Part shown: positions 45,216-55,097 of the stretch, one piece after another
Layout of the letters: each line of letters opens with the position of its first letter
Position numbering within the stretch: the first letter of the stretch is position 1
Assembly (NCBI GenBank): GCA_946412015.1
Contig: CAMKGA010000001.1
Span: 1,041-65,040 of the forward strand
DNA from: an uncultured Bacillales bacterium
GTDB taxonomy: Bacteria; Bacillota_I; Bacilli_A; RF39; UBA660
Length of the DNA stretch: 64,000 nucleotides
Direction: 5' to 3'
The notes under the pieces: generated by a model
Database searches by the model: none
Seen by the model: only the letters and a program-made list of their open reading frames with translations
Told to the model about the DNA's origin: nothing
Position numbers and translations under genes: made by a program

Positions 45216-47279
45216 TCATTTTACTTTATAAATGTATATACCATCTTTTTTATATATACATTTTATTTTATTCAAAAATACATCGCTTATTTTTTCAGAT
45301 GAAACAATATATCTAGCTTTTATTTTACTAATATCATCTATATTCAAATGAAGCACAAACGAATCAGTATAAAGCAATTCAAAAGATGTTTTATCCTCTG
45401 TCAAATCAATTTTAACATGAGCATACCTATTATACACAAAATCATTTTCTCCACCTTTATCAAATTTCTTCCATAAATCCATGTTAGGATAAAAATTTGT
45501 TGAATTTATTGTTGATGCACCATTGGCAACAAAATAATTTGGAAGCATATAGTTAGAATTGATAACAATCCATCTTGCATTTTTATCATTTTTTAGTATT
45601 TTTTTAATTTCCGATGAAACAGGTTTTTCATAAAATACTCCAATTCCTTTTGAAAGTGGATTCACAAAAAGTCCTGTAAAGATTGATATAAAAATCAACA
45701 ATATTATTAAATAGCTATTAGTTTTCTTATTGTTAACAAGAAATAAAGAAATTATTGAAGTAAAAATTACAAATAAAACTGTCAATACTTTAAAACTCAA
45801 ATAATCATCAAATACTGAATTATAATAATTCAACATTGTTGCCGTAAAAATTGCTGAAAATAAAATTTTTAAAATACATGCAAAAGGTTTTATTTTATTA
45901 TTATTATTATATTTTGAAATTATCATAATAATTAGGATAATACATATATATCCTACTGCCAATTGGCACCTATTTTCGGTTGACATATAAAGAAAAGTAA
46001 TCTTTACTATGATTTTTGGAAGCTCTATAAAATTCCAAACAGATAATAGTAAACCCAGGCAAGATAATGAAATCAAAAGAAAATCATTTTTTTTCTTTTT
46101 AAAAATATTCTTTGCTATTAAATAAAATGAAATAACTAGTGGAATTGGATATAAGCTCATAAAATTTGCATATTCGCAAGGATTTTGAAATTTTTTTATA
46201 GAAAAAACTGGATTAATAAAATATGAGAATAATTTATCAAAATCATGTCCACCTAGTGATAACCTCGAGCCAGGATATACAGTTGAGCTAACCATTTCAT
46301 ATACTTGTCTAGAGTCAATAATAGTAGGAATAAAAATGAACCCAATTATTATAAGCACAATCACACAATATAAAAGCATATTCCACCTTAGCTTTTCTCT
46401 ATTAGTTTTTATTATCCAAAGAAAAAGAATAAAATAAACATATCCAAATGGTATCTGCCATGCTGGATAAAGCAAAAATATGTAATTAGCACCTATTATT
46501 CCCATTATTATTGATAATAGCAAACGCTTCTTTATAGAATTTGAATCAAAAAATTTTTTTAGTATTACAACTGCAAGTGCACCAATTCCCAATATAGTCA
46601 TATTAGACCACCAACAATTTGCGCCACTAAGTGTTATAAGAATTGCTCCCAAGAATGAATATTTTCTATGTTCGTTTGTAATTATCATAAACATTTCAAA
46701 TGTTGCAAAAAATATTAAAAATATCTTTGAAAACCAAAAAAATGAATATGCATTTTCAAGAGGTAAAAATAAGTAACCAATATTAACTAAATTACCTAAT
46801 ATTGAAACATGCCAGCTAGGTAAGTATGGATAAAGTATTACTTTTTCTTTTCTTCCCATTAATATATTACTTTTAGAACTAAAATGATTATACTTCTGTG
46901 AAAATGTAGTTGGTAATCCAACTGCATACTCATCTCCTCTAATATCCCTAATTTCACCTAAAACTACATTTCCACTTGATACTCTATATTTTGGTTGTAC
47001 AATGTCATTCCATATAGAAAGAGATGAACCGTTATAACCTCTAAAAGTACAAAATAGTAAAATTATTAATCCAATAATATATCTTTTTTTATACAATAAA
47101 TCATAAAATTTCTTTAAGTCAACAAAAAAATGAATGCAAATAAAAATATTAAGAATTGTTAGTAAAAATACTCTATCGTATGGAAAATACCCAAAAAAAA
47201 CTTTTTTTTCTAAAATTAAAATTAATATCTCACTTACAATAAAAAGTATTATTCCAAAAATATTTTTTTTGCTTTTCAT
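45216..47279 (-). CDS. Large polytopic membrane protein, putative GT-C-type glycosyltransferase (GacL/YfhO analogue)
   Basis: 687 aa with more than 12 TM segments and a C-terminal soluble domain. First gene behind the promoter at 47314-47343 and directly upstream of the GtrB-like gene. The assignment is contextual. Confidence 0.45.
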   Translation of the reverse strand: MKSKKNIFGIILFIVSEILILILEKKVFFGYFPYDRVFLLTILNIFICIHFFVDLKKFYDLLYKKRYIIGLIILLFCTFRGYNGSSLSIWNDIVQPKYRVSSGNVVLGEIRDIRGDEYAVGLPTTFSQKYNHFSSKSNILMGRKEKVILYPYLPSWHVSILGNLVNIGYLFLPLENAYSFFWFSKIFLIFFATFEMFMIITNEHRKYSFLGAILITLSGANCWWSNMTILGIGALAVVILKKFFDSNSIKKRLLLSIIMGIIGANYIFLLYPAWQIPFGYVYFILFLWIIKTNREKLRWNMLLYCVIVLIIIGFIFIPTIIDSRQVYEMVSSTVYPGSRLSLGGHDFDKLFSYFINPVFSIKKFQNPCEYANFMSLYPIPLVISFYLIAKNIFKKKKNDFLLISLSCLGLLLSVWNFIELPKIIVKITFLYMSTENRCQLAVGYICIILIIMIISKYNNNNKIKPFACILKILFSAIFTATMLNYYNSVFDDYLSFKVLTVLFVIFTSIISLFLVNNKKTNSYLIILLIFISIFTGLFVNPLSKGIGVFYEKPVSSEIKKILKNDKNARWIVINSNYMLPNYFVANGASTINSTNFYPNMDLWKKFDKGGENDFVYNRYAHVKIDLTEDKTSFELLYTDSFVLHLNIDDISKIKARYIVSSEKISDVFLNKIKCIYKKDGIYIYKVK

Positions 47280-47313
47280 TTCAACACCTCATTATTAAAC
47301 TCAATACAAATCT

Positions 47314-47343
47314 ATTATATCATTTTTGATGTTTTTTAGTCAA
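47314..47343 (-). promoter_or_regulatory. Consensus sigma-A promoter for the side-chain module
   Basis: Minus strand TTGACT-N18-TATAAT with a TGA extended -10. RBS GAGGTG before ATG 47279. Confidence 0.6.
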
Positions 47344-47361
47344 TCCTACAATAATTTATTA

Positions 47362-48759
47362 TTAAATCCAGTATCTATTCAATACGGAATAAATAAATAT
47401 AATAAAATAAAAAATATAATATGATAATGTTATTGCATAATAAATAAAACTATTTACATATTTTCTACTTTTAAATAAAACTATGAAAAGTGGAATGATT
47501 GGAATAAAATATCTTCCTTGTACACCACCAATATAACGAAGTGAGCTTATATATCTTTTGTAAGCTATTAACGAATATGAATTAAAATCATTCAATTTAT
47601 CTGCAAAACCCATCCACTCTATCATTGATAAAAAAATAGAAAATATCAATACAATTATCACTAAATAAACAATTAATTTATCTTCAATATTAAAATTTTC
47701 ATATTCATTTTTATTTTCCTTCTGATAATTTGTTATTAAATAAAAAATTATCATTAAACCAATTCCCACCCCTAAAACAGGAGTTAATCTTAAATCAAAC
47801 CATCCTAATATATATGTAGTAGAAGAATAATATTCTTTAAAATACATAACGAATGTTTCTACTATTAAAAAAAATGTTTTTTTATAATTTAACATAGATG
47901 CTGCAATTATTCTTAAAAAAGATAAATATGGTAATAAACATATAAAAATTAAAAATATTAAAACAATTAATAAAATGTTTTTTTTAACAAATATATATTT
48001 ACTTGAAAATTTTTTCACATCATCTAATATAAAAATTAAACCACCAAGCAAAACATATGGTATCTTGCATAGTCCAATAATAATTAGCAATAAAAGCATT
48101 ATTATAACATCTGATAAATTAATTCTTATATTATTATATTTCAAATAAAAAATATAAGAAATAAATAAAAAACACATACTATTCAATATACAATCATAAG
48201 AAAATGACGACATTTGTTGAACACAAATTGGCAACAATATAATTAGCAAGAACAAAAACTTTTTTATTGGAAAAAGTTTTAATGCTATATTACAAAAAAT
48301 AATGTAAAAAAGTAAAGCTAATAACTCACAAAATGTAATATAAAAAAAAGTTGGAAAATGAAATAATTCTCCTATAATCATTCCAAAATACTGTGGAAAA
48401 TGCCTTATAATGAATATATTTGGGATACTAAATATTTGATAATTATTAATCCTTTTAGAAAAATCAAAATATTCCTTCCTATTTACTTTAATTCTTTTAT
48501 TACCAATAATTCCAGCAACTCCATTATAATTACTATTCACTGATTTAAAAGTTATATTTAAATTTCTTTCACTATATATCATATTTATGTGAGTATATTC
48601 ATCTGGAACTTGATAAAGTGGAATTAAAACTGATGAGAATAATCCAAAAAAAGTACAAAGTAATACAAATAGTTTATTTACCTGTAAGTTTTTTACTCTG
48701 TACAATTTTATTTTCCTTTTTATAAGATAAAATAAGATTGGAATCAAAAAAATAATCAT
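47362..48759 (-). CDS. Polytopic membrane protein, DUF2142-like putative GT-C glycosyltransferase
   Basis: 465 aa and about 12 TM segments. First extracytoplasmic loop motif YQVPDEYTH, compatible with the PDExxH signature I associate with DUF2142. Confidence 0.45.
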   Translation of the reverse strand: MIIFLIPILFYLIKRKIKLYRVKNLQVNKLFVLLCTFFGLFSSVLIPLYQVPDEYTHINMIYSERNLNITFKSVNSNYNGVAGIIGNKRIKVNRKEYFDFSKRINNYQIFSIPNIFIIRHFPQYFGMIIGELFHFPTFFYITFCELLALLFYIIFCNIALKLFPIKKFLFLLIILLPICVQQMSSFSYDCILNSMCFLFISYIFYLKYNNIRINLSDVIIMLLLLIIIGLCKIPYVLLGGLIFILDDVKKFSSKYIFVKKNILLIVLIFLIFICLLPYLSFLRIIAASMLNYKKTFFLIVETFVMYFKEYYSSTTYILGWFDLRLTPVLGVGIGLMIIFYLITNYQKENKNEYENFNIEDKLIVYLVIIVLIFSIFLSMIEWMGFADKLNDFNSYSLIAYKRYISSLRYIGGVQGRYFIPIIPLFIVLFKSRKYVNSFIYYAITLSYYIFYFIIFIYSVLNRYWI

Positions 48760-48784
48760 AAATCAATAAAACTTGATTTTTTAT

Positions 48785-49663
48785 TCAAATTTTACCTTTC
48801 TTTCCTTTTTTATAATCAATATATCCCTTTAACATATACCAGCTTTTTTTTATTTTATGTTTTTCACAAAGCCATACAAGTTTCAACTCTTTCAATGAAC
48901 ATTTTTTTTCTAACCTACAGTATTCATTAAAATCATTCCAATACATTTTACATAAATAGTGTCTATTTCTAATTATATAATATCTTCTTATATGATTGTG
49001 CTCAAATGTACTATATGTTTTACCAAAAAATTTTTTTGTAACATAATTCCCCAATTCATGATTTAATATAATATCATTATTTCTAATCAAATTGTATCCT
49101 AACTTTCTCATTTTCATACAATAGTCAAAATCTACACAATCTATAAAAAAGTCATCCCTAAAGCCACCAATTTTTTGATAAATATCTAAATTAATAATAT
49201 TACCTGATGTCATCACATTCAGAGGTGAATCGTATTTTTCATTTGGTTCTCCCAATATTTTTTTATCATTATTTATAACATGAAGTGGAGTAAATAATCC
49301 TATTTTAGATAAATCATTCCCAAATTGTTCTATCAAATCTCTATTATCATAATACTTTTTTATCATATTAGTTAACTTTAATATGTCATTATTATTAAAT
49401 TTACTATCTTGATCCATAGTAAGCAAATAATCAAACTTGTCTTCAATCGCTCTTTTTGCACCAATATTTAAAGCAGTTGCTATACCTAAATTATCAAAAT
49501 TAGGTATATATTCAATTTTATTATGCCTGCAAATTATTTCAGAATTATCTTTTGAACTGTTATCAACAATATATAATTTTTCAATTCCTTTAATGTATGA
49601 TTGAATGTTATCATTTATCTTTTTGGAAGGATTATATAAAACAACTACTCCTGCAAACTTCAT
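48785..49663 (-). CDS. GT2 glycosyltransferase (rhamnosyltransferase-like)
   Basis: MKFAGVVVLYNPSKKI...LYIVDNSS and TMDQDS. RBS AAGGTGA lies before ATG 49663. Confidence 0.7.
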   Translation of the reverse strand: MKFAGVVVLYNPSKKINDNIQSYIKGIEKLYIVDNSSKDNSEIICRHNKIEYIPNFDNLGIATALNIGAKRAIEDKFDYLLTMDQDSKFNNNDILKLTNMIKKYYDNRDLIEQFGNDLSKIGLFTPLHVINNDKKILGEPNEKYDSPLNVMTSGNIINLDIYQKIGGFRDDFFIDCVDFDYCMKMRKLGYNLIRNNDIILNHELGNYVTKKFFGKTYSTFEHNHIRRYYIIRNRHYLCKMYWNDFNEYCRLEKKCSLKELKLVWLCEKHKIKKSWYMLKGYIDYKKGKKGKI

Positions 49664-49668
49664 AAAAA

Positions 49669-51870
49669 TCACCTTTTTTTCAATATTTTTCTAACTATAA
49701 TTACCAAGGATTTAGGAAATTTTATTTTATTAATTAATTTCCATTTTGTAGAATTAAGTATGTTTTGCAATTTTTCTAATTCACTTTCACTTTGATATAT
49801 ATATTTATTTAAATTTTTAAAAGAATATTCCTTTTTATTATGCATAGTATCATATAGTGCATTATACTCTGCACACATATCTGAAATACTTTTCATTTTA
49901 TATTTGTCAATTTGAACGATTTTGTCATTATAATCTTTTTTATCATCATAAATATCTAATATTTTACTAATTATAGCATTAGCATTTAAATTCATATCTA
50001 CAACCCAGCCAAATTTATATTTCTTTATACGTTCTGCACCAGCACCAATATCAAAACTTAAAATCGGAATGCCCGCTGCAATTGCTTCGTTTACAGTATA
50101 AGAATATGTTTCTGGCCATTTTTGAAAAAAGCATATTAAATCAATTTTATTATCTTTTAATAAAGTAGGCAAATTTTCTCTTTTGTATAATCCATGATAT
50201 AAATAATTTTTTTTATTTTTTGTTAAAGATGGCAACTCACTATATCCAAATGAATGAAACTTAATTTTATCATTTTTTTGTTTTATTAATGCCTCAAATA
50301 TATTTGCACCTTTATGATTACATAATACACCTATCATTGCGACGTTAATTTTATCTTTTATGACTGGTTTATATTTAGATTTTTTAAAATCAACTCCATG
50401 CTCAATAACTGAAATATTTAAATCTTTAAAATATTTTAAAATATGATTTTTAGCATCATTCGATGGTGTAATAATTGTATCAAATTTTTTTAAGAAATCA
50501 TGCCATCTAATCTGCCATATTTTAATATTATTATTGTCCATATTTTTTAATAATTTTAAGCACTCTCCACACTTTTTTTCTTCATTATCAATGCAGCACT
50601 TTTTCCCACACTCTAGCATATTTATTGTTGGGCATAGACAATAAAAATCATGTAAAGTAATAATAGTTTTTATTTTCTTTTTTTCTGCAATATCAACAAT
50701 ATTAAAATAATGGTCTTTCATATGGTGTATATGAATTGTATCAATTTTAAAATCATCTATAATTTCTTCAATCATCAAATTATATTCTTCATTATAAAAA
50801 CAAAAATCACTATATTTAAAAATATTTTTTAAATGGATATTTTTTTCTTGATTATTAACAATAGTAGTTAGATTATAAATTTCATTAGAATAATCAACCG
50901 ATAAGATAACAAAATTGTATTTATCGTTTAAACCTTTTACTAGGTCCTTTAGATGCAAAGTTGTCCCACCAGTTTTTGTCATCCAATCATGAATTAAAAC
51001 TAAAACGTTGGGCTTTTTATTATTAAAATTTAAAGCATAATATATCCTATTTGCCACATTTTTTATTGGTAATTCTCTAAGCCATATTTCAGTTCTTTCA
51101 CAGTAAACGGGATATCTTTCTTTTAATATTTTTAAATGAGCCTCTAAAACATCATTTTTTTTATTTTTAAAAGACTGACTTTCCTTGTGATAAACAATTG
51201 TATTTGCACATAATAAATGTCTAAAGCCATAATCCAAACATCGATAACAAAAATCATTTTCTTCGCCATAGCCTTTATCAAAAGACTGATCATCAAAAAA
51301 TCCAACCGTATCTAGCGCTATTCTTTTTATAAACAAACAAAATCCATGACCTGTAGGAAGTTCATAATAATTTTTACCACATATCTTTTCTAATGTACTA
51401 TTATACTCTTTGATATCAATATTATCAATTTCATTTCTTTCTAAGCAGTTAGGAATAGATACTAAAGTTGCATTGTTTGAAAAAGGAGTCACTGTTGCAA
51501 TATCATCTGCACTATAAGCACAATTTACTATTTTATCTAACCAGTTATCAGATACTACAGTATCGCTATTTAATAAAAGAACATCATTTTTTGATTTTTT
51601 CATACCTTTATTCACTGTTCTAACAAAGCCTAAATTTTCTTCATTTTCGAGTGTTTCAATATTTAATTTTTTTAATTTATAATCATTTTTTATTTCTTCT
51701 AAAAATTCATTAATTCTATAATCAGTACTTTTATCATTTATCAAAATTAAACTATGTTTATTTAAATCCGTTGAATTTATGACTGAATTAACACATTCTA
51801 CTAAACTTTCATAGGCATTATATATTGGAATAATTATATCACACTTTTTCAAACTATACCTCCTCTGCAA
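49669..51870 (-). CDS. Bifunctional GT2 + GT4 glycosyltransferase (733 aa)
   Basis: N-terminus CDIIIPIYNAYESLVECVNSVINSTD...LILINDKSTD and LLNSDT. The C-terminal half is GT-B/GT4-like (YSYTVNEAIAAGIPILSFDIGAGAE). Confidence 0.75.
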   Translation of the reverse strand: MQRRYSLKKCDIIIPIYNAYESLVECVNSVINSTDLNKHSLILINDKSTDYRINEFLEEIKNDYKLKKLNIETLENEENLGFVRTVNKGMKKSKNDVLLLNSDTVVSDNWLDKIVNCAYSADDIATVTPFSNNATLVSIPNCLERNEIDNIDIKEYNSTLEKICGKNYYELPTGHGFCLFIKRIALDTVGFFDDQSFDKGYGEENDFCYRCLDYGFRHLLCANTIVYHKESQSFKNKKNDVLEAHLKILKERYPVYCERTEIWLRELPIKNVANRIYYALNFNNKKPNVLVLIHDWMTKTGGTTLHLKDLVKGLNDKYNFVILSVDYSNEIYNLTTIVNNQEKNIHLKNIFKYSDFCFYNEEYNLMIEEIIDDFKIDTIHIHHMKDHYFNIVDIAEKKKIKTIITLHDFYCLCPTINMLECGKKCCIDNEEKKCGECLKLLKNMDNNNIKIWQIRWHDFLKKFDTIITPSNDAKNHILKYFKDLNISVIEHGVDFKKSKYKPVIKDKINVAMIGVLCNHKGANIFEALIKQKNDKIKFHSFGYSELPSLTKNKKNYLYHGLYKRENLPTLLKDNKIDLICFFQKWPETYSYTVNEAIAAGIPILSFDIGAGAERIKKYKFGWVVDMNLNANAIISKILDIYDDKKDYNDKIVQIDKYKMKSISDMCAEYNALYDTMHNKKEYSFKNLNKYIYQSESELEKLQNILNSTKWKLINKIKFPKSLVIIVRKILKKR

Positions 51871-52627
51871 ATCCTTTTTGTAATTTTCTAAAAATGTTGT
51901 AACCTACAATAAAAATAATTAAACTTATTCCAAATATTATTCCTAAATTATACATATTTGGAATTTGCTTATAATAAAATATATCATGATATGCTTCAAT
52001 AATATATGATAATGGATTTAACTTTAAAATGAATCTCATTTTAGTAGGTACTAAATCGGGTGTATATAGTATTGGTGTAACATAAAATAACATACTAATT
52101 ATAAAATTTACTATATGTTCTATATCTTTAACATAAATTTCAATTGCACTTAATATAAAAACAACTCCCAAAGTAAAAATATATTGAATAATAACAACAA
52201 GTGGCAAAAATAATAAAGAAACTCCTACTCCTACTCCACTAAATATAGCAAATAATAAAATTATTATACATGATATTAAAAAGTTTACAAGTCCACTTGT
52301 TACACTCGATATAGGCAATATTTCACGTGGAAAATACACTTTCTTTATGATATTTGCATTAAAAAGGATTGAATTCATTCCACTATTAATCGATGTTGTA
52401 AAAAAAGTCCAAGGAATAATTCCGGCTATTAGATAAATTAGATAATGTTCTATATTAAATCGCATAATATAATGAAATACAATAGCATAAACAACAACAG
52501 ACAATAAAGGATTAATAAAGGACCAAAGCACTCCTAAAAAAGAACCTTTATACTTTCCTCTAATATCTTTCTTGACATTTGATTTCAAAAATTCTGAATA
52601 TTTAAATATTTCTTTAAAATGACTCAT
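51854..52627 (-). CDS. ABC-2 type polysaccharide/teichoic acid export permease
   Basis: 257 aa with 6 TM segments. Sits adjacent to the ATPase gene (Wzm/TagG/RgpC type). Confidence 0.8.
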   Translation of the reverse strand: MSHFKEIFKYSEFLKSNVKKDIRGKYKGSFLGVLWSFINPLLSVVVYAIVFHYIMRFNIEHYLIYLIAGIIPWTFFTTSINSGMNSILFNANIIKKVYFPREILPISSVTSGLVNFLISCIIILLFAIFSGVGVGVSLLFLPLVVIIQYIFTLGVVFILSAIEIYVKDIEHIVNFIISMLFYVTPILYTPDLVPTKMRFILKLNPLSYIIEAYHDIFYYKQIPNMYNLGIIFGISLIIFIVGYNIFRKLQKGFAEEV

Positions 52628-52634
52628 ACAACAC

Positions 52635-53369
52635 CTACCTACAAACTTTCAAATATTCTTCTATTACTTCATTACAATTTCCATCCATCTTAACAATACC
52701 GTCATAAATCCAAATTGCTCTATCACATAATTTTTTTACAGAATCTAAGCTATGTGAAACCATTACTATTGTCGTATTATCCTCTTTCAACTCCATAAGT
52801 TTATCATAACATTTTTCTTGAAAATGCTGATCACCTACAGCAAGTATTTCATCAATAAGTAAAATGTCCGCATCAACATTAATTGCAATAGAAAAAGCAA
52901 GACGCATATACATTCCCGAAGAATATGTCCTAACAGGATTATCTATAAATTCCGATAATTCAGAAAATTCTATAATTTTATCAATTCTTTTATCTATTTC
53001 CTTTTTTGATAAACCGAAAATAGAAGCATTAAAATAAATATTCTCTCTACCTGAAAAATCCGGATGAAATCCTGCACCTAACTCCAATAGTGATGTAAGT
53101 TTTCCTTTTGTTTCTACACTGCCTTTAGAAGGATAATAAATTTTAGTCATCAACTTAAGCAAAGTTGATTTTCCGCTTCCGTTTGTCCCAATAAGTGCAA
53201 CAGTTTCTCCTTTTTTTATATTTATATTTATATCCTTTAAAACATTTCTAACTTCTTTTCTATTTCTATTCCAAAACATTATTTTTTCTTTTAGCGTATT
53301 GGCTTTGTCAAAATAAATATTGAAGTTTTTTGACATGTTTTTTACTTGTATAACATTTCCTTTTAACAT
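52635..53369 (-). CDS. ABC polysaccharide/teichoic acid export ATP-binding protein
   Basis: Walker A GTNGSGKST, signature YSSGMYMRLAF, Walker B ILLIDEIL (Wzt/TagH/RgpD type, no C-terminal carbohydrate-binding extension). Confidence 0.9.
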   Translation of the reverse strand: MLKGNVIQVKNMSKNFNIYFDKANTLKEKIMFWNRNRKEVRNVLKDININIKKGETVALIGTNGSGKSTLLKLMTKIYYPSKGSVETKGKLTSLLELGAGFHPDFSGRENIYFNASIFGLSKKEIDKRIDKIIEFSELSEFIDNPVRTYSSGMYMRLAFSIAINVDADILLIDEILAVGDQHFQEKCYDKLMELKEDNTTIVMVSHSLDSVKKLCDRAIWIYDGIVKMDGNCNEVIEEYLKVCR

Positions 53370-53387
53370 TAAAAAATCACCTATCTA

Positions 53388-53416
53388 ATTATATCATCAG
53401 CTATTTATACAGTCAA
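53388..53416 (-). promoter_or_regulatory. Consensus sigma-A promoter for the ABC-export/polymerase module
   Basis: Minus strand TTGACT-N17-TATAAT with a TGA extended -10. RBS AGGTGA. Confidence 0.6.
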
Positions 53417-53424
53417 GTTGATAA

Positions 53425-54585
53425 CTATTTTAGAAAATTCTCTTTTATTTTACAAATTATGTTTAAAGAAACATCTTCTTCATATTTTTTTAGAATCTCT
53501 TTAAGAACATTTTCTCTTTTTTTCTTTAATGGATCATTTCCAGATTTCAATTTTTCTAAAATATTTTTTAGTTCATCCCAATTCTCAACACAATAAAAAC
53601 ATTCCTTTAAATTTTTCATAAAATCAGTTTCATTTTCATTTTTAGAATAACAATATATAATTGGTTTATTAAATATAAAATATTCAATTATTATTGACGA
53701 AAAGTCGGTAATCAAAACATCTGATTCTGCAAATGTATAGTAATATTCACTAGAATTATCGTAATACATGTTAGAATTTTTAAATTGATCAAGGTAATTT
53801 TTCACTTGCATCTTCGTCATCAATTTTTCCTTAATAAAGTTTTCAAACGCTAATGGATGTGGCCTAAAAATAAAGTTAATATTTTTTTGCTTTTTTACGT
53901 ATTTTATAATTTTGTCCTTATATTCAAAAAAACTTGTTTTAAATAATTTATCATCAATCGTCCATCTTGGGGTCCATATTACATTAAAGTTATTTTTTTT
54001 ATCTATTTTACTAAAAGCAGAATTGTATTCTTTTGCTTTTTTTACAATATTATATAATGATGGATAACCTATATCATATACATATCTTTGTATCCCATCG
54101 TTTGCATTTTTTATAATTGTTTTACAATAATTATATTCTTCATTTTGAGTACAAAAAAACATATCGATACTTTTCACAAAAAAGTCAGGCATAGCAACGT
54201 TTCTTAAATTCATAAGTTCAAAAGCATAAGGAATATAACAAATCTTAGAATACTGTTTTAATGATGAAATATGATATTCTTGTGGCAAGTAATTATCATA
54301 TGGTCTTTGAATAAATATATAATCTGGCTTTTCTTTTTTTAAATCATACCATTTATTATTTGCAATTGCATTAATAGTAATATCACCAAATTTAGAACAC
54401 CAAAAAATATAATCTTCGTTTCTTGGAAATTTATTTATATCTTCTGGTATTGCTAATACTTTTACATTAAACATTATATCATTTTGCATCCTTTTTACAA
54501 CATCAACAAATTTGTTATAACCTTGTTTATACTGGCATAAAAAAATTACATTAATTTTTTTATTGTTTTTTTTAAATTTAAACAT
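53425..54585 (-). CDS. CDP-glycerol glycerophosphotransferase family protein (TagB/TagF type)
   Basis: VIWTPRW, FRPHPL and DVLITDFSSIIIEYFIFNKPIIYC. Confidence 0.75.
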   Translation of the reverse strand: MFKFKKNNKKINVIFLCQYKQGYNKFVDVVKRMQNDIMFNVKVLAIPEDINKFPRNEDYIFWCSKFGDITINAIANNKWYDLKKEKPDYIFIQRPYDNYLPQEYHISSLKQYSKICYIPYAFELMNLRNVAMPDFFVKSIDMFFCTQNEEYNYCKTIIKNANDGIQRYVYDIGYPSLYNIVKKAKEYNSAFSKIDKKNNFNVIWTPRWTIDDKLFKTSFFEYKDKIIKYVKKQKNINFIFRPHPLAFENFIKEKLMTKMQVKNYLDQFKNSNMYYDNSSEYYYTFAESDVLITDFSSIIIEYFIFNKPIIYCYSKNENETDFMKNLKECFYCVENWDELKNILEKLKSGNDPLKKKRENVLKEILKKYEEDVSLNIICKIKENFLK

Positions 54586-54605
54586 ATAAACACCTTATTT
54601 CCTTT

Positions 54606-55091
54606 TTAATCAGATATTATTGCATACCACAATAAATCAATATATTTATTTCCTTTTTTAATATGATTTTTAAAACATCCTTCTTGAATAAAACCATTTT
54701 TTTCGTAGAACTTTATTGCTCTTTCATTAGTAGATAATACATTCAAATATATTTTTTTTAATTTTAACTTAGTAAATGCAAATTTCAATATTTCATTCAT
54801 AGCAAAATGAGCAGCACCAGTTCCTTGAGCATCTTGAATAAACGAAATGGCCAATTCTGCATTTAAGTTCTTTTTATCTATATTTTTTAAACTAATAGTA
54901 CCTAAATAATTATCGTTATCATCCACGCACGCATAATTAACATCATTTACTTCTTGCTTCTTTATAAAATTTAAAATGTCTTCTTTCGTATATTTGCTAA
55001 AATCTTTTTCAAATATATCTTTTGTTTCTTCATAATGCATCCATAAATACATTCCCGATACATCTTTTTCTTTTAATTCTCTTAATCTCAT
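54606..55091 (-). CDS. GNAT-family N-acetyltransferase
   Basis: 161 aa. AISFIQDAQGTGAAHFAMNEILKFAF (acetyl-CoA loop) and NERAIKFYEKNGF. Confidence 0.8.
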   Translation of the reverse strand: MRLRELKEKDVSGMYLWMHYEETKDIFEKDFSKYTKEDILNFIKKQEVNDVNYACVDDNDNYLGTISLKNIDKKNLNAELAISFIQDAQGTGAAHFAMNEILKFAFTKLKLKKIYLNVLSTNERAIKFYEKNGFIQEGCFKNHIKKGNKYIDLLWYAIISD

Positions 55092-55097
55092 AGTCCC

